The notes under the pieces were generated by a model, which was given only the letters and a program-made list of their open reading frames with translations, was not told the origin of the DNA and ran no database searches. The position numbers and the translations under genes are program-made. Below, in pieces: positions 61,691 to 64,000 of a DNA stretch of 64,000 nt. How positions within the stretch are numbered: position 1 is the first letter of the stretch; each line of letters starts with the position of its first letter. The stretch spans positions 13,330,001 to 13,394,000 of the forward strand of contig NC_047030.1 in the NCBI RefSeq assembly GCF_902652985.1, written 5' to 3'. The stretch is from Pecten maximus (taxonomy: Eukaryota).

Positions 61691-63814
61691 ATGTATTCGA
61701 ACACGACGACACTTCCCTTCAACGAATCGACACTGAGCCCCGCGACGGATGACGTCATAGCACCTTGCTGGGGATACATCTCCGCCGCTGCAGCCGTCGT
61801 AATTTTGGGGAATGTGGTGGTGCCAATCAAACGGTTCGAGACGGGAGATGGTAAGTTCGTTCAACTTGAAGCCTTTGTACGTAAATCATCAATTTCGACA
61901 ACATGTAAACTATATGTAAGCCAATATCTAGGGGTTGGACACAAAAATAGGCGTAACTTGTGATTAGCATTTAAGCATTAATTTCTGTAAGAGTAGTCAG
62001 GGGATCGATAGAACAATAGGTATAACTGAAGGTATTTAGAATCATCAATTTCAACAGCAAATATACTTGTAAGAGTATTTGTATATTTGTAAGAGTACAA
62101 GAATTGGTTCTACCGTAACACGAAGAGAAGGATTGACGTTAATGTACCACTTCCCGCTATTGATGCTGTACCAGAATCTCTTTACGAAGCGTACCTTGTA
62201 TGTCCGTGACTTTGGTATGATGCCATGTTTTCTCCCAATCGAAGTAGTACCTGGTTTATGTACCTTAAAAATGCGACGTCGTGACGATGTAAAATTGGAG
62301 AATGTTTTGACAATACTCATAAAAAATTAAGCTTTGAAGTGGTCTCTCAATACTCAGTATACCTTGTAGATGTCTAACAGTCTCTACTGTGTTCCAAGGA
62401 TACCGTCAAGGTATAACAGGTGAAGTAGAATTTCGGGACATGAAATGCTTTCTGGACTTCCTGGATCTCAAAGTATAATTGAAATTTAGTTTGGTTTACC
62501 TCTTCTTCGCTTCGAGATTAGAAAGGAAAGACTGAGTGGGGAAAGGAACACTTCTAAACTGGAGACGACCTGTACTGGTGATTTTCAAAACAATACATTC
62601 TTTGCTCGGTTTCCCCTTTCTTCTGGTTCCTTTCACGAAGAATGTGTATTCTTCTCCTCGAGGATGACTTGATCATGCGTACATGGCCCTATATCTTGAG
62701 AATTCAATATGGTATTGCAGTGTATTGCGTCTGACATTCTCTTCAGCAGTATGAATCTAGGGTTTCCAGAGAACTATACTATCTTTGTCGCATCAGATGT
62801 GTTTGTCACAACGACAAAACACAACGGATGCGAGCCTTTCATAGCTGATGTTCAACCCGAGCAAATTAGGATATGTACAGTTTCTGACTCGTGACAACTT
62901 CTTTGTATATAGATGGAGAGCATGTCATTAATACTCATAACCTTATACCAATTCCTTAACTTAAAATGAAAGCATTGCATAAATTTAAGAAAGTACATAG
63001 ATAGCCCCCCCTTAGATCCAATGATAGTTGTTATAAACTCTATAAAATAGACAAACACTACATTACTAACCTAGGTGTTAATTCCTGTTAGACGAAGTAA
63101 TATGATTTGTTCTCGGGTACAATTCAACTACAACTGTAATTGTATTTATTTGTTTACCAGGTTTATATTTCCAACTCATGTTTTCTCATGGAGCTCTCCT
63201 AATCGGCGTCATCGTCCAGCTATTCCGAAGCGAGGCTACTTTTTACCCGATCGTGATGCTAGGTGGCGTTGTATGGATCACAGGTACGTGTCTATATATA
63301 AACACATGAAACAAAATGGTAGAGTTGGATGTGAGTATTTCTCCCTAATGTCTAGAGCTGTGATAACGTAGCTTTATACGACGGACGGACGGAGGGACGG
63401 ACGGTTTCGCCCTCGGAGAGTAGTGTAGACAGGGTATGAATATTCGTTCTATCCAATGCTTTACTCAGTCATTCTGTGTGCGAAAGAAGACTCGTGTAAA
63501 CAACAACAACAACAACAACAATAACAACAACAATAACAACAACAACAACAACAACTGCTAATGAGTTGGAATGATATAATCGTAAAGATAAATAAATTAA
63601 TGAAAATAAAGTAACGAAAACTTAACGACCTATAAATGATGTTTTTTTGAACAATCCTGTCACAGTATCACTTATGACCCGAACTAACTAATGATTTGTT
63701 GTTACATGTTCTAGCCAATCTGTTCATGGTGCCGATCGTGAAGGCGGTGGGTATGGCTCAAGGCATGTGTGTGTGGGGGATCTGTAACATGTTGAGTGGC
63801 TGGGCTACAGGCAG
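61691..63814 (+). CDS. TMEM144: Transmembrane protein 144-like, 5' part; join(61691..61850,63161..63283,63715..63814), continues beyond the window
   Basis: VPIKRFETGDG-LYFQ...FYPIVMLGGVVWIT-ANLFMVPIVKAVGMAQGMCVWGICNMLSGWATGR matches the TMEM144 pattern; GT-AG junctions in phase; an acceptor at 61675 implies an upstream UTR exon. Confidence 0.9.
63498..63555. repeat. (AAC)n microsatellite
   Basis: Direct observation. Confidence 0.95.
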
Positions 63815-64000
63815 GTAGGTACCGGTCACTTCCGGGATTACCATTTTCAAAGTAAATTGGTTGCGTTCTCGATTAGTTATTCTGTCTTGCAGATCGTTCA
63901 TGAACGCATCCTCTGAAATTTCGTGGATACGATTAATGGTCACGTTATATCTGGAAATAGCTCGCGTGATGTTTTCTTTTTCGGACTTATTCGATATATA

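Overview
AT-rich, intron-containing animal genomic DNA, most likely a bivalve mollusc (inferred from the V-/Meta-type tRNA-SINEs, CR1-group LINEs and Helentron-like fragments; scallop-like, not proven). Four genes can be built from splice signals. (1) A six-coding-exon Pax3/7 (+, 1663-23090) with paired domain, octapeptide HSIDGILA, S50 homeodomain and a C-terminal OAR-like tail. (2) An ankyrin-repeat/SOCS-box gene (+, 47621-49697). (3) A four-exon MFS transporter of the MFSD4/NaGLT1 type (-, 57668-52866). (4) The first three coding exons of a TMEM144-like gene (+, from 61691, running off the window), head-to-head with the MFS gene. Pax3/7 and the ASB gene each carry a +1 frameshift at a GGGAT motif, probably an assembly error. 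The remainder is a 5'-truncated CR1-group LINE, LINE/SINE fragments, MITEs and many minisatellites, which explain the long His/Thr- and Cys-rich ORFs in the ORF track. I found no convincing new multi-gene system. The most interesting leads are a self-nested inverted CWG-target MITE, two 5S-rRNA-promoter-like segments in one intron, a decayed hammerhead-ribozyme core, a near-perfect 33-bp hairpin with a diverged sibling, inverted SINEs and Pax3/7-type sites in Pax3/7 introns, and a 2.1-kb minisatellite that may lie in the Pax3/7 3' UTR.
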